A program made the translations under genes and the position numbers. From Myxococcota bacterium (GTDB taxonomy: Bacteria > Myxococcota_A > UBA9160 > UBA6930), in contig OZ245002.1 in the NCBI GenBank assembly GCA_965223415.1, forward strand, positions 4,160,001 to 4,224,000: a DNA stretch of 64,000 nucleotides, written 5' to 3'. The notes beneath the pieces are model-generated. The model was given only the letters and a program-made list of their open reading frames with translations, was not told the DNA's origin and made no database searches. How positions within the stretch are numbered: position 1 is the stretch's first letter; each line of letters starts with the position of its first letter. Below, in pieces: positions 8,850 to 19,111 of the stretch.

Positions 8850-9344
8850 GTGGCGAAGAAGAAGAAGGACGGCGCCGCGGAGGGGCGCATCGCCACGAAT
8901 CGGCGGGCGCGCTTCGACTACGAGATCCTCGACACCTTCGAGGCGGGGATCGCGCTGCTCGGGCCGGAGGTGAAGAGCCTGCGGCAGGGCAATGCGAGCC
9001 TGTCCGAGGCCTACGCGGTCCTGCGGCGGGGCGAGGCCTGGTTGCGGGGCGTCCACATCGCGCCCTACGAGCAGGCCGGCCGCGAGAATCCGGACCCTCT
9101 GCGCGAGCGCAAGCTCCTGCTCCACCGCCACGAGCTGCGGCGGCTGGAGACGAAGGTGGCCGAGCGGGGTCTCACCCTCGTGCCGCTCTCACTCTACTGG
9201 AAGGACGGGCGCGCGAAGGTCGAGCTCGGCCTGGTGCGCGGCAAGCGGCAAGCCGACAAGCGCCAGACGATCCGGCGGCGCGAGGAGGACCGGGAGATGC
9301 GACGCGCCGTGCGGGATCGGGGACGCGGGCAGGGCCGGGAGTGA
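8850..9344 (+). CDS. smpB: SsrA-binding protein
   Basis: NRRARFDY, EAGIALLGPEVKSLR, RERKLLLH, GK...DKR. Confidence 0.96.
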   Translation: MAKKKKDGAAEGRIATNRRARFDYEILDTFEAGIALLGPEVKSLRQGNASLSEAYAVLRRGEAWLRGVHIAPYEQAGRENPDPLRERKLLLHRHELRRLETKVAERGLTLVPLSLYWKDGRAKVELGLVRGKRQADKRQTIRRREEDREMRRAVRDRGRGQGRE

Positions 9345-10663
9345 GGCGCTCGGCGGCCCTCGGCCTGGCCTGCTTCCTCCTCGGGTGCGCGAGCCCGCCG
9401 ACGCCGGCCCGCGAGGAGGCGGCGGTGGAGCCGCCGCGCGCCACCTATCGCCACAACCTCCCGGACTACGCGATCTTCCGCGACACCCATCCAGGCGTGC
9501 AGGATCCGAACTACCTGCCCTTCATGGCCCACCGGGTCGGGCTCGGCGGCGGAAGGGAGCGCCTCGTGCTCTGCCACTGGGAGCCCGAGGATTTCCCCCT
9601 TCCCGTCCGCATCGTGGCGCCGCGCATCCCGCAGGAGCTTCTGGACGAGTTCCGGCCGCGGGAGGCCGGGGAGTACGTGGCGGCCGTGCGGCGGGCCCTC
9701 GGCCTCTGGGCCCGGGACCTGGGCGGCGCGGTCTCGTTCCGCGAGGTGCGGGAGGCCCGGGACGCCCGGGTGACCATTCGCCTGCTCGGCGAAGAGGCGC
9801 CGGTGCCCGTGGAGGACGTGCGGGTGCTCGGCATCGCCCGAAGCGTTGGCTCGGCCTGCCGCCACCGGAGCGGCGACCCGGCCACCGGGCGCGTCGACGT
9901 CGACTTCGCGATACCCGAGCTGCGGCTCTACGTCGCCGACCAGCACGGGCTCCTGCTGCCGGACCAGGTGGAGAAGGTCGCCCTGCACGAGGTCGGGCAC
10001 GCCCTCGGCATGCGCGGCCACAGCCCGATCCCCTCGGACCTGATGTACGCGGTCGCGCGGGACCGCATCACCCGGGATGGCCTCGGCCTCGCCGACGTCA
10101 ACTCCTTCCTGGCCCTCTACGCCCTGCCGAGTGGCACCGTCTACGCCGATCTCGAGGCAGCGCCCCGGGCCCGCGAGCTGGGCCCGCCGCGTGAGGCGCC
10201 GACCCTGGACCTGGCTCCCCATGTCGATGCCCGCCTCGGCTTCGAGCTGCAGACGCCCGAGGGCTGGGTGCGCATCCCGACCCGGTACGGGGTCGTCGCA
10301 GTCGACGGCGTGGCCTGGGACTACCGAGCGTCGCTCCAGCTGAACGTCCATCGCTTCGACACCGTCGACGAGTATCTGGCCCGCTTCGGACGCGCCCACC
10401 TGGGCTGGTCGGCGGTCGTCGAGGAGGCGGAGGTCGAGCTCGGCGAGCGCAGGGCGCGCCGTTACGTGCTGCACACCCCGCGCGAGACCCGCGAGGAGTT
10501 CACGCTTCTCGAGAGTGGCGATGGCCGGGTGCTGGTCGCGATCGGCGAGGCCCCGGCCGACGAGTACGAGACCTACCGCCCCTGGTTCGAGAAGACGCTT
10601 CGCTCCCTCGAGATCCGCGCCGGAAGTCGCGCCGCTCCCTCTCGGACGTACGACCCGGACTAG
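9341..10663 (+). CDS. Lipoprotein with matrixin-like (metzincin) zinc protease domain
   Basis: Lipobox LLGC; HEVGHALGMRGHS...DLM Met-turn. Confidence 0.8.
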   Translation: MRRSAALGLACFLLGCASPPTPAREEAAVEPPRATYRHNLPDYAIFRDTHPGVQDPNYLPFMAHRVGLGGGRERLVLCHWEPEDFPLPVRIVAPRIPQELLDEFRPREAGEYVAAVRRALGLWARDLGGAVSFREVREARDARVTIRLLGEEAPVPVEDVRVLGIARSVGSACRHRSGDPATGRVDVDFAIPELRLYVADQHGLLLPDQVEKVALHEVGHALGMRGHSPIPSDLMYAVARDRITRDGLGLADVNSFLALYALPSGTVYADLEAAPRARELGPPREAPTLDLAPHVDARLGFELQTPEGWVRIPTRYGVVAVDGVAWDYRASLQLNVHRFDTVDEYLARFGRAHLGWSAVVEEAEVELGERRARRYVLHTPRETREEFTLLESGDGRVLVAIGEAPADEYETYRPWFEKTLRSLEIRAGSRAAPSRTYDPD

Positions 10664-11421
10664 CGATTCGGCAGCACGTCCTGGACGGCGGCGAATCCGT
10701 AGCCGAGCGCTCGTAGCGCCGGGATCAGGCGGCGCACGGTTTCGACGGTGCCGGAGCGGTCCGCGCCGCCGAAGGCATCGTGGCCGTCGTGCAGCACGAT
10801 GACGGCGCCCGGGTGCACGCCGGCGAGCACCCGGGCCGTGAGCCTGTCCGGGGACTGGGTCGGGCAGTAGGAGGCCGGCATCCAGAACGGGCAGGGCGTC
10901 AGCGCCACGGGCTCGCGGGTCCAGTCGCCGGCGCCGTTCGTCCCTCCGACGTGGCGGCGGCCGGTCGCGCGGAACACCCAGGCGCCCGGAAGCCCGATCG
11001 CAAGGCCGGGAGCCCGCACGTCGAGCGGCCCGGTCACCCCGAGCCCGCGCAGGAGCGCGTCGGTGCGGGCGAGGTAGGCCCGCACCCGGGAGGGCCGCAT
11101 CAGGGCCAGCCGCTCCGCGTTCCAGGAGTGGTTTCCGACGTGGTGACCCGCTTCGATCACGCGGCGGACGGTCTCCGGATGCCGCGCCACGTGCTGCCCG
11201 GTCATGAAGAGCGTCGCCCGCACGTCTCTGGCTCGGAGCACTTCCAGGATCTGCTCGGTGTAGGGCGGGTTCGGCCCGTCGTCGAAGGACAGGGCGACGG
11301 TCTTCGCCTCGCCGGGGAGCCGGTCGACGTTCTCGAAGATCGGAATCCCCAGGTAGGCGACGCGTACGGCGAGCAGCAGGCCGCCCACGCCCAGCACGGC
11401 TCCGGCGAGGATCTTCTTCAC
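10660..11421 (-). CDS. Polysaccharide deacetylase (CE4/NodB)
   Basis: ALSFDDGP, GNHSW, RAP, GAVIVLHDG. Confidence 0.88.
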   Translation of the reverse strand: MKKILAGAVLGVGGLLLAVRVAYLGIPIFENVDRLPGEAKTVALSFDDGPNPPYTEQILEVLRARDVRATLFMTGQHVARHPETVRRVIEAGHHVGNHSWNAERLALMRPSRVRAYLARTDALLRGLGVTGPLDVRAPGLAIGLPGAWVFRATGRRHVGGTNGAGDWTREPVALTPCPFWMPASYCPTQSPDRLTARVLAGVHPGAVIVLHDGHDAFGGADRSGTVETVRRLIPALRALGYGFAAVQDVLPNR

Positions 11422-11532
11422 CCGGCCAACCTACCGTACACTCGTGTGCGCCATGACGTCTCTCTAGCCCGCCCTCGTCGTCTTCCTCACGACACCGCGC
11501 AGCGCGGGCTCGCCCCTGCGCCGGAGAGACCC

Positions 11533-12291
11533 ATGGATACGATCTACGACCATCCCCTGTACTACGACATCCTCTTCTCCTGGGACCGGAGCGCCGAGGC
11601 GCGCTTCTACGACCAGGTCTTCCGCCAGGCCGGCCTGGCTACCGGAGCGCGGCTGCTGGAGGTCGCCTGCGGCCCCGGCCGGGTCGCACGGCTGCTCACG
11701 GAGCGGGGCTGGCAGCTGACCGGACTCGACGCGAGCCCCGGGATGCTGGCCTTCCTGCGCGCCGAGGCGAAGCGCGAGGGCCTCGCCATCGCCACGATCG
11801 AGGCCGACATGACGGCTCTCCTTCCTCCCGCCTCCTTCGACGGTGCCTTCAACCCGATGAGCTCCTTCCGGCTCCTCCAGGACGATGCCAGCGCCCGGAC
11901 GCATCTGGGCGCCGTCGCCGCCGGGCTGCGTCCGGGGGGCGTCTACGTGCTCGATCTGGAGCTCGTCGGCTGCGCCGACGAGCCGGCGATCACCACCGAC
12001 GAACCCTGGGAGATGCAGCGCGGCGACGTTCGCGTCCGGGCCGACGACGAGGCCATCACCGTCACCGACGGAGAGGAGCACCGCGTGTTGGCCTGGGGGG
12101 AGGAGGCGCACCTCCGCCCCATGACCTGGGGCGCCTTCGAGGGGCTGGTCGACCTCGTCGGGGACCTGGAGGTGGCGTCCTGCCACCCCGAGGTCGGCCG
12201 GACGGCCTCGGGCGTGAGCCGGTTCGACGCCGACCGGCAGCACGAGGCCACGCCCGTCGGACGGACCCTGGTCGTCCTCAGGCGGGCTTGA
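11533..12291 (+). CDS. Class I SAM-dependent methyltransferase
   Basis: LLEVACGPGR, GLDASPGML, ADM, LRPGGVYVLD. Confidence 0.88.
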   Translation: MDTIYDHPLYYDILFSWDRSAEARFYDQVFRQAGLATGARLLEVACGPGRVARLLTERGWQLTGLDASPGMLAFLRAEAKREGLAIATIEADMTALLPPASFDGAFNPMSSFRLLQDDASARTHLGAVAAGLRPGGVYVLDLELVGCADEPAITTDEPWEMQRGDVRVRADDEAITVTDGEEHRVLAWGEEAHLRPMTWGAFEGLVDLVGDLEVASCHPEVGRTASGVSRFDADRQHEATPVGRTLVVLRRA

Positions 12292-13528
12292 GCTTGTAGC
12301 GGATGGGAAGGTGCTTCACGCCGCCCACGAGCTGGCTGCGCAGGCGCGCGGGCGGGCCCGTCAGCTCGATCTCGTCGATCCGCGGCAGCAGGTACTTGTA
12401 GGCCATCTCGAGCTCGAGGCGGGCGACGTGGGCGCCGGCGCAGTAGTGCTCGCCGATGCCGAAGCCGATGTGGCGGTTCGGGCGCCGGTCGACCCGGAAG
12501 GTGAAGGGATCCTCGAACACGTCCTCGTCGCGGTTCGCCGAGGGGTAGAAGAGGGCGAGGTGCTCCCCCTTCTTGATCTTCTGGCCTCGGATCTCGCAAT
12601 CCTCGGCCGCGGTGCGGGCGAAGTGGATGATCGGGCTGGTCCAGCGCACGATCTCCTCGATCCCCGGCTTGAGCAGTGACATGTCCTGCTGGATCCGCCG
12701 CATCTGGTCCTGGTGCTCGATCAGCGCCAGCATGCCCCCGCTGGTGCCGTTGCGGGTGGTCTCGTTGCCGGCGATCACCACGATCATGCACCAGGCGAGC
12801 ACGTCCATCAGGTCGAGCTTCTTGCCGTTGATCTCGGCGTTCGCGAAGAGCGTCACCAGGTCGTCGGCCGGGTTCTTCTTCTTCTCCTCGACCAGCTCCG
12901 TGAAGTAGCTGAAGATGGCGATCATGGCGCCCTGGGCCGTCTCCTGGGCGGTCTTCCCCTCCACCTGGTACTCGGGATCTCCGGCGCCGATGGTCTGGTT
13001 CGTCCAGTCGAAGAGCAGGCGCCAGTCCGAGCGGGGCACGCCGAGAAGCCACGCGATCACGGCGATCGGCAGCGGCGCCGCGACCTTCTCGACGAAATCG
13101 CACTCCCCCTCGTCGCCCTCGTCGAGGAGGCTGTCGACGATCTCCTTGGCGATGTCGTCGATGTCCTGGTGGATCTTCTTCAGCGCCCGCGGCGTGAAGC
13201 GGCCGCTGATGAGCTTGCGGTTCTTGCGATGGAGCGGGTTGTCCATGCTGATCAGCGTGTCCGGGAAGCCGGCGTCCCGCCGTCCGCCCTCGTCCTCGAA
13301 GGGCATCACCAGCATCGGGTTGCTCAGGAAGAGCTCCGGTCGCTTGCCGACGAAGACGATGTCCTCGTGCTTGGTGATCGCCCAGAAGGGAGGGCCGTCG
13401 GTGTTCGTGTACCGGTGGACCGGGGCCTCCCGGCGCAGCAGCGACCACTCGGCGTGGGGGTAGCCATGCTCGACGTAGCGGTCGGGATGGATGATCTGGA
13501 TGTCTTCCAGGCGAAGCGGCGTGTCCAT
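12278..13528 (-). CDS. Cytochrome P450
   Basis: AGNETT I-helix, EEIVR (ExxR), FGIGEHYCAG heme ligand. Confidence 0.95.
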   Translation of the reverse strand: MDTPLRLEDIQIIHPDRYVEHGYPHAEWSLLRREAPVHRYTNTDGPPFWAITKHEDIVFVGKRPELFLSNPMLVMPFEDEGGRRDAGFPDTLISMDNPLHRKNRKLISGRFTPRALKKIHQDIDDIAKEIVDSLLDEGDEGECDFVEKVAAPLPIAVIAWLLGVPRSDWRLLFDWTNQTIGAGDPEYQVEGKTAQETAQGAMIAIFSYFTELVEEKKKNPADDLVTLFANAEINGKKLDLMDVLAWCMIVVIAGNETTRNGTSGGMLALIEHQDQMRRIQQDMSLLKPGIEEIVRWTSPIIHFARTAAEDCEIRGQKIKKGEHLALFYPSANRDEDVFEDPFTFRVDRRPNRHIGFGIGEHYCAGAHVARLELEMAYKYLLPRIDEIELTGPPARLRSQLVGGVKHLPIRYKLKPA

Positions 13529-13648
13529 GGGTCCTCCGAGGACGGCGAGGATAACCTGTCCAGGGCGAGGCTCGGACGGTTGCGATTCGGCGACGTTGTG
13601 GGGTAGCGTTTTTCCCCCGAGGGAGGGGGATCGTCTCGAGGATTCCCC

Positions 13649-14821
13649 ATGCGCGCTCTTCGCTCCCCGCTCGCTCTCGCCTTCCTCCTGCTCCTGCTCG
13701 CCACCGCTGTCGCGGCCACGCCGACCAACGTGATCGTGATGATCGGCGACGGGATGGGCCCCCAGCACGAGCTGGCCGCCCGCTACTACAGCGGCGGTGC
13801 CCTCGCCTGGGACAGTGCCCCCTACCAGGGGCAGATGACCACCGGCTCGCTTTCGGGCATCACCGATTCGGCGGCGTCCGCCACGGCGATGGCCACCGGG
13901 AACAAGGTCACGGACTTCGTCATCAGCCAGGCGCCCGACGGCAGCGCCTACCCGACGAGCCTCGAGCACCACAAGGGCCTCGGCAAGGCCACGGGTCTGG
14001 TGACGACGGCCTTCATCGAGGACGCGACCCCGGCCGCCTTCGGCGCCCACGCGCCGACCCGCTTCTTCTACCCGGACATCACCAACGACTACATGACCCA
14101 GACCCGCCCCAACCTGCTGATGGGCGGAGCCTTCGGCGGCGGCATCGGGATCGATCCCACCATCGCCGCGGCGGGCGGCTACACGGTGGTGCAGGACCGC
14201 GCCGGCATGAACGCCCTCGACATCACCATGGAGACCCACGTCTCCGGCCAGTTCGCGCCGGTCTCGTCGCTGCCCTTCGAGTGGGACTACTCCGTCGGCA
14301 ACAACACCTTCTACGACACCAAGCCCTTCCTCTCCGAGATGACCCAGTTCGCCCTGGACTTCCTCAGTCAGGATCCCGATGGCTTCTTCCTGATGATCGA
14401 GCAGGAGAAGATCGACGAGGGCGGTCACCTGGCGAACAGCGATCCGAACAAGCTGATCAAGAACATCTTCGCCACGCTGGAGTTCTCGGCCGCCGTGCAG
14501 GTCGTGCTCGATTGGATCGCCCTGCGCCCGGATCCGACGGACACCCTCCTGATCGTCACCGCCGACCACGAGACCGGCGGCCTCGCCGTCACCCAGGACA
14601 ACGGCGCCGGCAACCTCCCCGGCCACACCTGGGCTCACTCGAACCACACCGGCGTGCCGGTGAACGTCTACGCCTGGGGGCAGAACGGGAACCTGGTGAC
14701 CGGGACGATCGACAACACGGACATCTACGGAATCACCGTTCCCGAGCCCGGCACGGTCCTGCTCGGCGTCGTGGCCTTGGTGGCCCTCAGGCGCCGCGCC
14801 GCAGGTGCCCTGTCTCGTTGA
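13649..14821 (+). CDS. Secreted alkaline phosphatase with PEP-CTERM tail
   Basis: Signal peptide, IGDGMG, TDSAA (catalytic Ser), ID..GH, TADHETGG, C-terminal VPEP-TM-RRR. Confidence 0.9.
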   Translation: MRALRSPLALAFLLLLLATAVAATPTNVIVMIGDGMGPQHELAARYYSGGALAWDSAPYQGQMTTGSLSGITDSAASATAMATGNKVTDFVISQAPDGSAYPTSLEHHKGLGKATGLVTTAFIEDATPAAFGAHAPTRFFYPDITNDYMTQTRPNLLMGGAFGGGIGIDPTIAAAGGYTVVQDRAGMNALDITMETHVSGQFAPVSSLPFEWDYSVGNNTFYDTKPFLSEMTQFALDFLSQDPDGFFLMIEQEKIDEGGHLANSDPNKLIKNIFATLEFSAAVQVVLDWIALRPDPTDTLLIVTADHETGGLAVTQDNGAGNLPGHTWAHSNHTGVPVNVYAWGQNGNLVTGTIDNTDIYGITVPEPGTVLLGVVALVALRRRAAGALSR

Positions 14822-15380
14822 GGGAGCGGATGCTGCGCTCGCCGGAGGAGGCCGCCAGGAAGCGGCTGACGCTGGTGTAGGCCGGCTCGAAGAAGAGGGG
14901 CTCCGCGAGGCCGAGCAGGTGGGACGCCCAGGCGTTGACCACGCCGCCGTGGCAGGCCACCGCGATCCGGCTGCCTGGGTGCCGCTCGACCATCGCTTCC
15001 AGGCTCGCGACCACCCGTCGGCGGAAGGCCGGCAGGTCCACGCCGCCATAGCCCTCGGCCGTGAGCATGGCTCGCCAGGCCTCCGGATCCTCCTGCTTGA
15101 GCTCCTCCAGCGGGATGTAGCGCTCGGACTCGTGGTCGAGCTCGATCACGCCCGGCTCGATGTCGACGCGCAGGCCGGCGGCGCGGGCCAGGGGCTCCGC
15201 CGTCTCCCGCGCCCGACGGAGCGGGCTCGCGTAGAGCGCGTCCACCCGCTCGGCCGCGAGCCAGAGGGCGACGGCCTCGGCCTGGACACGGCCTTCCTCC
15301 GAGAGCGGAGGATCGGCCGGTGCCCCCGTCTCATTCTCCTCGCGCACGGGCAAGCCATGCCGGATGAGGATCAGCTCCAT
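14787..15380 (-). CDS. Histidine phosphatase (PGM-like) family protein
   Basis: LIRHG, SPLRRARETA, CHGG. Confidence 0.9.
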   Translation of the reverse strand: MELILIRHGLPVREENETGAPADPPLSEEGRVQAEAVALWLAAERVDALYASPLRRARETAEPLARAAGLRVDIEPGVIELDHESERYIPLEELKQEDPEAWRAMLTAEGYGGVDLPAFRRRVVASLEAMVERHPGSRIAVACHGGVVNAWASHLLGLAEPLFFEPAYTSVSRFLAASSGERSIRSLNETGHLRRGA

Positions 15381-15488
15381 GGCGGCGCAGCGTACCGCGG
15401 ATCGGTGCCGGCTCGCCGCGACGAGCCGGCGGCGCAGAGCCCGCCGGTGGTCGAGGGTTCGGCACCGCCGATCGAGGCTGTAGGTGCG

Positions 15489-18400
15489 CTAGGAGCCGGC
15501 GCCGAAGGCCGCCGGCGTCGGGAAGCTCCCCGGATCCGTGCAGCGCGCGCGCCAGCGGCGGCGGAGCGCCCTCATCTCCCGTCCGCCGACCCCGGCGCCC
15601 TTCTTCAGCGCCAGCTTGTCGGGCGCGGAGACGCCGGCGGCACCCACCACGCGCACGAAGCAGGCGTTGGCCTTCTGGGAGCTCCACTTGAAGCGCCCGG
15701 TACCGTCGGCCGTGGTCATCCCGAGGACCTGGTCGGTCTCCGCGTCGCGGATCTCGAGGGCCTCCCCCGCGCCGGCGTGCTGGCCGCCCACCACGAGGAT
15801 CCGGCCCAGTCGGCTTCCGCGCATGCGGAAGCGGTGGACGCCCTCCGCCGACAGCAGCATCGGGCTGGCCGGTCCGCACTGGGCCGGAGCGTTCGTCACG
15901 GCCATACGGGCGCTCAGCTGGACGCCGGTGCGCACCTGCACGTTGCAGGGTGCCTGGGCCGGCGCGAGGCACCGGAAGACCGGGCGCTTGCCCTTGCGGC
16001 GTCGGGAGTCCCTGACCATGCGGCACTGGCCCGTCTTGAAGGCGCCACCGCGGTTGGCCATGAGCGTTGCCAGCACGTTGCCGCTGTCCGCGTCGAGGAG
16101 CTCGACCGCCGCGCCGCCGGGGGCGCCGGAGCCGCGCACCGCCAGGTGACCGCCCCAGGTATCCCACCAGATCGCCTCGTCGATCCCGAAGGCGCCCGCC
16201 CCCCCCTGGATGGCCAGGTTCACGACCTCCGAGTCGGACATCGGGGGCACGCCGTCGTCGGTTACCGTGAACGTGGCGTCGTAGCTGCCCGTCTGGCCGG
16301 TTCCCGGAGTCCAGCTGAAGCCGGCCGTACCGTCGCCGTTGTCGGTGAGGGCCGCGCCGGCCGGCAGGTTCGTCGCCGCCAGCGCCAGCCCGTTGCCGTC
16401 CGGGTCCGCCGCCATCACGGTGAAGGCGAGGGTCTGCCCCTGGAGCACGGTGCGGTTGCCGATGGGCGTGAGGGTCGGCGGGTTGTTCACGACACCGATG
16501 CCGATGGTGATCGCTTCGTTGGCCGAGAGCGAGCCGTCGGAGACCGTGAAGGTCACCGGGTGGCTGCCCACGTCGCCGGCTCCCGGCGTCCAGGTGAAGC
16601 TGCCGGTGCCGTCGCCGTTGTCCGTGAAGGTGGCGCCCATGGGCACGCCCGTTGCGCTGCAGGTCACCGCGTCGCCGTCGACGTCGGTGCCGGTGACGGT
16701 GAAGCTCAGCAGCTGGTTCGTGTTGCCGGCCTTGTTGCCGATCGGGGCCAGGGTGGGCGGCCGGTTCACGTCGCCCACGGTGATCATCACCGCCTCCTGG
16801 TCCATGGCTGCCGGCGTGCCGTCGTCGGTCACGGAGACCGTCACGTTGCGGTTGCCCGCGTCGCCGAAGCCCGGCGTCCAGGCGAGGGTGCCGGTGCCGT
16901 CGCCGTTGTCCTGCAGGGCCATGCCCAGGGGCGCCCCGGCCAGGGCGATGGTGAGACCGTCGCCGTCCGGATCCGTGGCCTGCAGCGCGAGCTGGAGGAG
17001 CACGCCCTCGTTGACGACCTGGTTGCCGATCGGCGTGAGCACCGGGGGTCGGTTCACGTTGCCGACCGAGATGGAGATCGCCTCGGTCACCGCCTGCACC
17101 GGCGTCCCGTTGTCCGTGGCCGTGAAGCTCACCTGGTGGTTGCCGCCCTGGTTGAAGGCGGGCGTCCAGGCGAAGGCGCCGGTGCCGTCGCCGTTGTCGT
17201 TCCAGGTGGCGCCGGTCGGCAGGCCGGCCACGGTGAGGGCCAGGGCGTCGCCGTCCGGATCCGTCGCGGTGACGGTGAAGCTCAGGAGCTCGTTCTCGTT
17301 CACCGCGCGGTTGCCGATGGGCGTGAGCATCGGGGGCCGGTTCACGTTGCCGACGGCGATCTGGATCGTCTCGGCGTCACTGGCAGGCGGGCTGCCCGTG
17401 TCGGTGACGGTGAAGGTGACGTTGTAGTTGCCCGTCGATCCGAAGCCGGGCGTCCAGCTGAAGCTGGCCGTGCCGTCGCCGTTGTCGGTGAAGGCCGAGC
17501 CGGTGGGCGCACTCATGGCGGTGATCGCCAGGCCGTCGCCGTCCGGGTCGCTCGCTGAGAGGTCCAGGTTCAGGGCCTCACCCTCGTTCACGGCCTGGTT
17601 GCCGATCGCCGCGAGGACCGGCGGGCGGTTCACGTCGCCTACCGAGATCATGAAGGTCTCGGCGTCCGAGAGCATCGGGCTGCCGTCGTCGGTGGCGGTC
17701 ACGGTGACCGTGAAATTGCCGGCCTGGTTGTAGCCGGGGGTCCAGGCGAGCGTGCCGGTGCCGTTGCCCGCGTCGTTGAAGGTCGCGCCGGTCGGCAGGT
17801 TCGAGGCGGCCAGGCTGAGGCCGTCGCCGTCCGGATCCGAGGCGCTGACGTTGACCATGAGGTTCGTGCCCTCGTTCACGGCCTGGTTGCCGATCGCGCC
17901 GAGAACGGGGGCCTGGTTCGCGTTGAAGACCGTGATCGCCACCGTCTCCATGGCCGTGCCGGGCGTGGCCGCGTCGTCCGACACCGCGAAGGTGACGTTG
18001 TAGACGCCCGCCTGGCCCATGGCGGGGGTCCAGTCGAAGCTGCCGGTGCCGTCGCCGTTGTCCGTGAAGGTGGCGGTGCCCGGGAGCGGAGCGGCCGTGA
18101 GCGTCAACACGTCGCCGGCGTCCGGGTCGCTAGCGCTCACGCCGAAGCTGAGGCGCTGGCCCTCGGTGGTCATCTTGGCGCCGATCGCCGCCAGGGTGGG
18201 CGCGGTGTTGCTGCCGCCGCCCACGTTGCAGAAGAAGGCGAGGTTCCCGTTGTCCCAGTGCATCTTCGCCACCGGGTCCACGTCGCCGCCGTCCGGCAGG
18301 TCGGTCGGGAAGGAGCTGTTGTGGCACATCGTGCACTCGGTCAGCATGCCGTCGCGCATGTCCGCGTAAGGGGTGGCCGGTGCGCAGATGGCGTCGACGG

Positions 18401-18494
18401 CCGTCCCGAAGGAGTCGACCGCCGAGGCGGCGGTCGGCAGCAGGAGGGTGCCGGCCAGCAGCAGGCGGAGGAGGGCGGAGACGGGATGACGCAT
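15489..18494 (-). CDS. Secreted protein: N-terminal CxxCH heme motif plus seven Ig/cadherin-like repeats
   Basis: Signal peptide, CTMCH, seven ~95-aa repeats N(R/Q/T/N)(P/A)PxLxxIG...DxD...D(N/A)GxGTxxxxWTP. Confidence 0.8.
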   Translation of the reverse strand: MRHPVSALLRLLLAGTLLLPTAASAVDSFGTAVDAICAPATPYADMRDGMLTECTMCHNSSFPTDLPDGGDVDPVAKMHWDNGNLAFFCNVGGGSNTAPTLAAIGAKMTTEGQRLSFGVSASDPDAGDVLTLTAAPLPGTATFTDNGDGTGSFDWTPAMGQAGVYNVTFAVSDDAATPGTAMETVAITVFNANQAPVLGAIGNQAVNEGTNLMVNVSASDPDGDGLSLAASNLPTGATFNDAGNGTGTLAWTPGYNQAGNFTVTVTATDDGSPMLSDAETFMISVGDVNRPPVLAAIGNQAVNEGEALNLDLSASDPDGDGLAITAMSAPTGSAFTDNGDGTASFSWTPGFGSTGNYNVTFTVTDTGSPPASDAETIQIAVGNVNRPPMLTPIGNRAVNENELLSFTVTATDPDGDALALTVAGLPTGATWNDNGDGTGAFAWTPAFNQGGNHQVSFTATDNGTPVQAVTEAISISVGNVNRPPVLTPIGNQVVNEGVLLQLALQATDPDGDGLTIALAGAPLGMALQDNGDGTGTLAWTPGFGDAGNRNVTVSVTDDGTPAAMDQEAVMITVGDVNRPPTLAPIGNKAGNTNQLLSFTVTGTDVDGDAVTCSATGVPMGATFTDNGDGTGSFTWTPGAGDVGSHPVTFTVSDGSLSANEAITIGIGVVNNPPTLTPIGNRTVLQGQTLAFTVMAADPDGNGLALAATNLPAGAALTDNGDGTAGFSWTPGTGQTGSYDATFTVTDDGVPPMSDSEVVNLAIQGGAGAFGIDEAIWWDTWGGHLAVRGSGAPGGAAVELLDADSGNVLATLMANRGGAFKTGQCRMVRDSRRRKGKRPVFRCLAPAQAPCNVQVRTGVQLSARMAVTNAPAQCGPASPMLLSAEGVHRFRMRGSRLGRILVVGGQHAGAGEALEIRDAETDQVLGMTTADGTGRFKWSSQKANACFVRVVGAAGVSAPDKLALKKGAGVGGREMRALRRRWRARCTDPGSFPTPAAFGAGS

Positions 18495-18703
18495 TGGGAT
18501 CGGGGCCTCGTGCGGAGATGGCTCGCAGCCGACCGGTCGACGGACCTGTCCGCGAGTTTCACCCCTTCGGACGCGGCCAAACCGCCCCGGGTGAGCCAGC
18601 TCACGGCAGGGCGTGCGCAGGCGGGAGGCACCTGCGCACGGACGAAGGGGGGGGCGGGCGGCGGGGGCCGCTGTGTGCGGTTCCAGCGGGACTGGATCCC
18701 CGT

Positions 18704-18732
18704 TTGCCAAGGCCCGCCACCGTGCCTAGCCT
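18704..18732 (+). promoter_or_regulatory. Sigma70-type promoter of ssrA
   Basis: TTGCCA, 17-nt spacer, TAGCCT, ending 10 nt before the mature 5' end. Confidence 0.65.
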
Positions 18733-18742
18733 TCGTGGGCTT

Positions 18743-19111
18743 GGGGGCGATCGGCTTCGACGGGTGGTCGAAGGCGTTCGCTGCGTGTCGAGGAGGCTAC
18801 GTCCCTCGTAAATCCCGTGGCACTGTTGGTAGCTTCATACCTGCCGACGATAACTACGCTCTCGCTGCCTAGTTGACCCTGGGCTAGCGACGTCCGTCCC
18901 CGACGCCTTCTAGGGGGTCGCGGGCGTCATCAGAAGGCTCGGCCGTCGGCCGCTGGCAGGCCGCCACCGAACGGCGACATCGACGTTCTGCCAAGGAGCG
19001 CCTCCTCCCGTCCCCGCGACTGGGCGCCCCGAGATCGAGCGGGGACTACACACGTAGACGCGACCGTCGGACATCACGCGGACGCGGGTTCGATTCCCGC
19101 CGCCTCCACCA
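18743..19111 (+). ncRNA. ssrA: tmRNA; tag peptide (A)ADDNYALAA encoded at 18843-18872
   Basis: 5' GGGGGCGA...TTCGAC; 3' T-arm GGGTTCGATTCCC plus GCCGCCTCCACCA; acceptor stem with G3.U; YALAA-stop tag; smpB upstream. Confidence 0.97.

Noticed and set aside
16200..18210. Periodic DNA repeats (gccgtcgccgttgtc, ggttgccgat) as a CRISPR array
   Set aside because: They are degenerate, in frame, with a ~290-bp period, and encode protein repeats; no cas genes are present.
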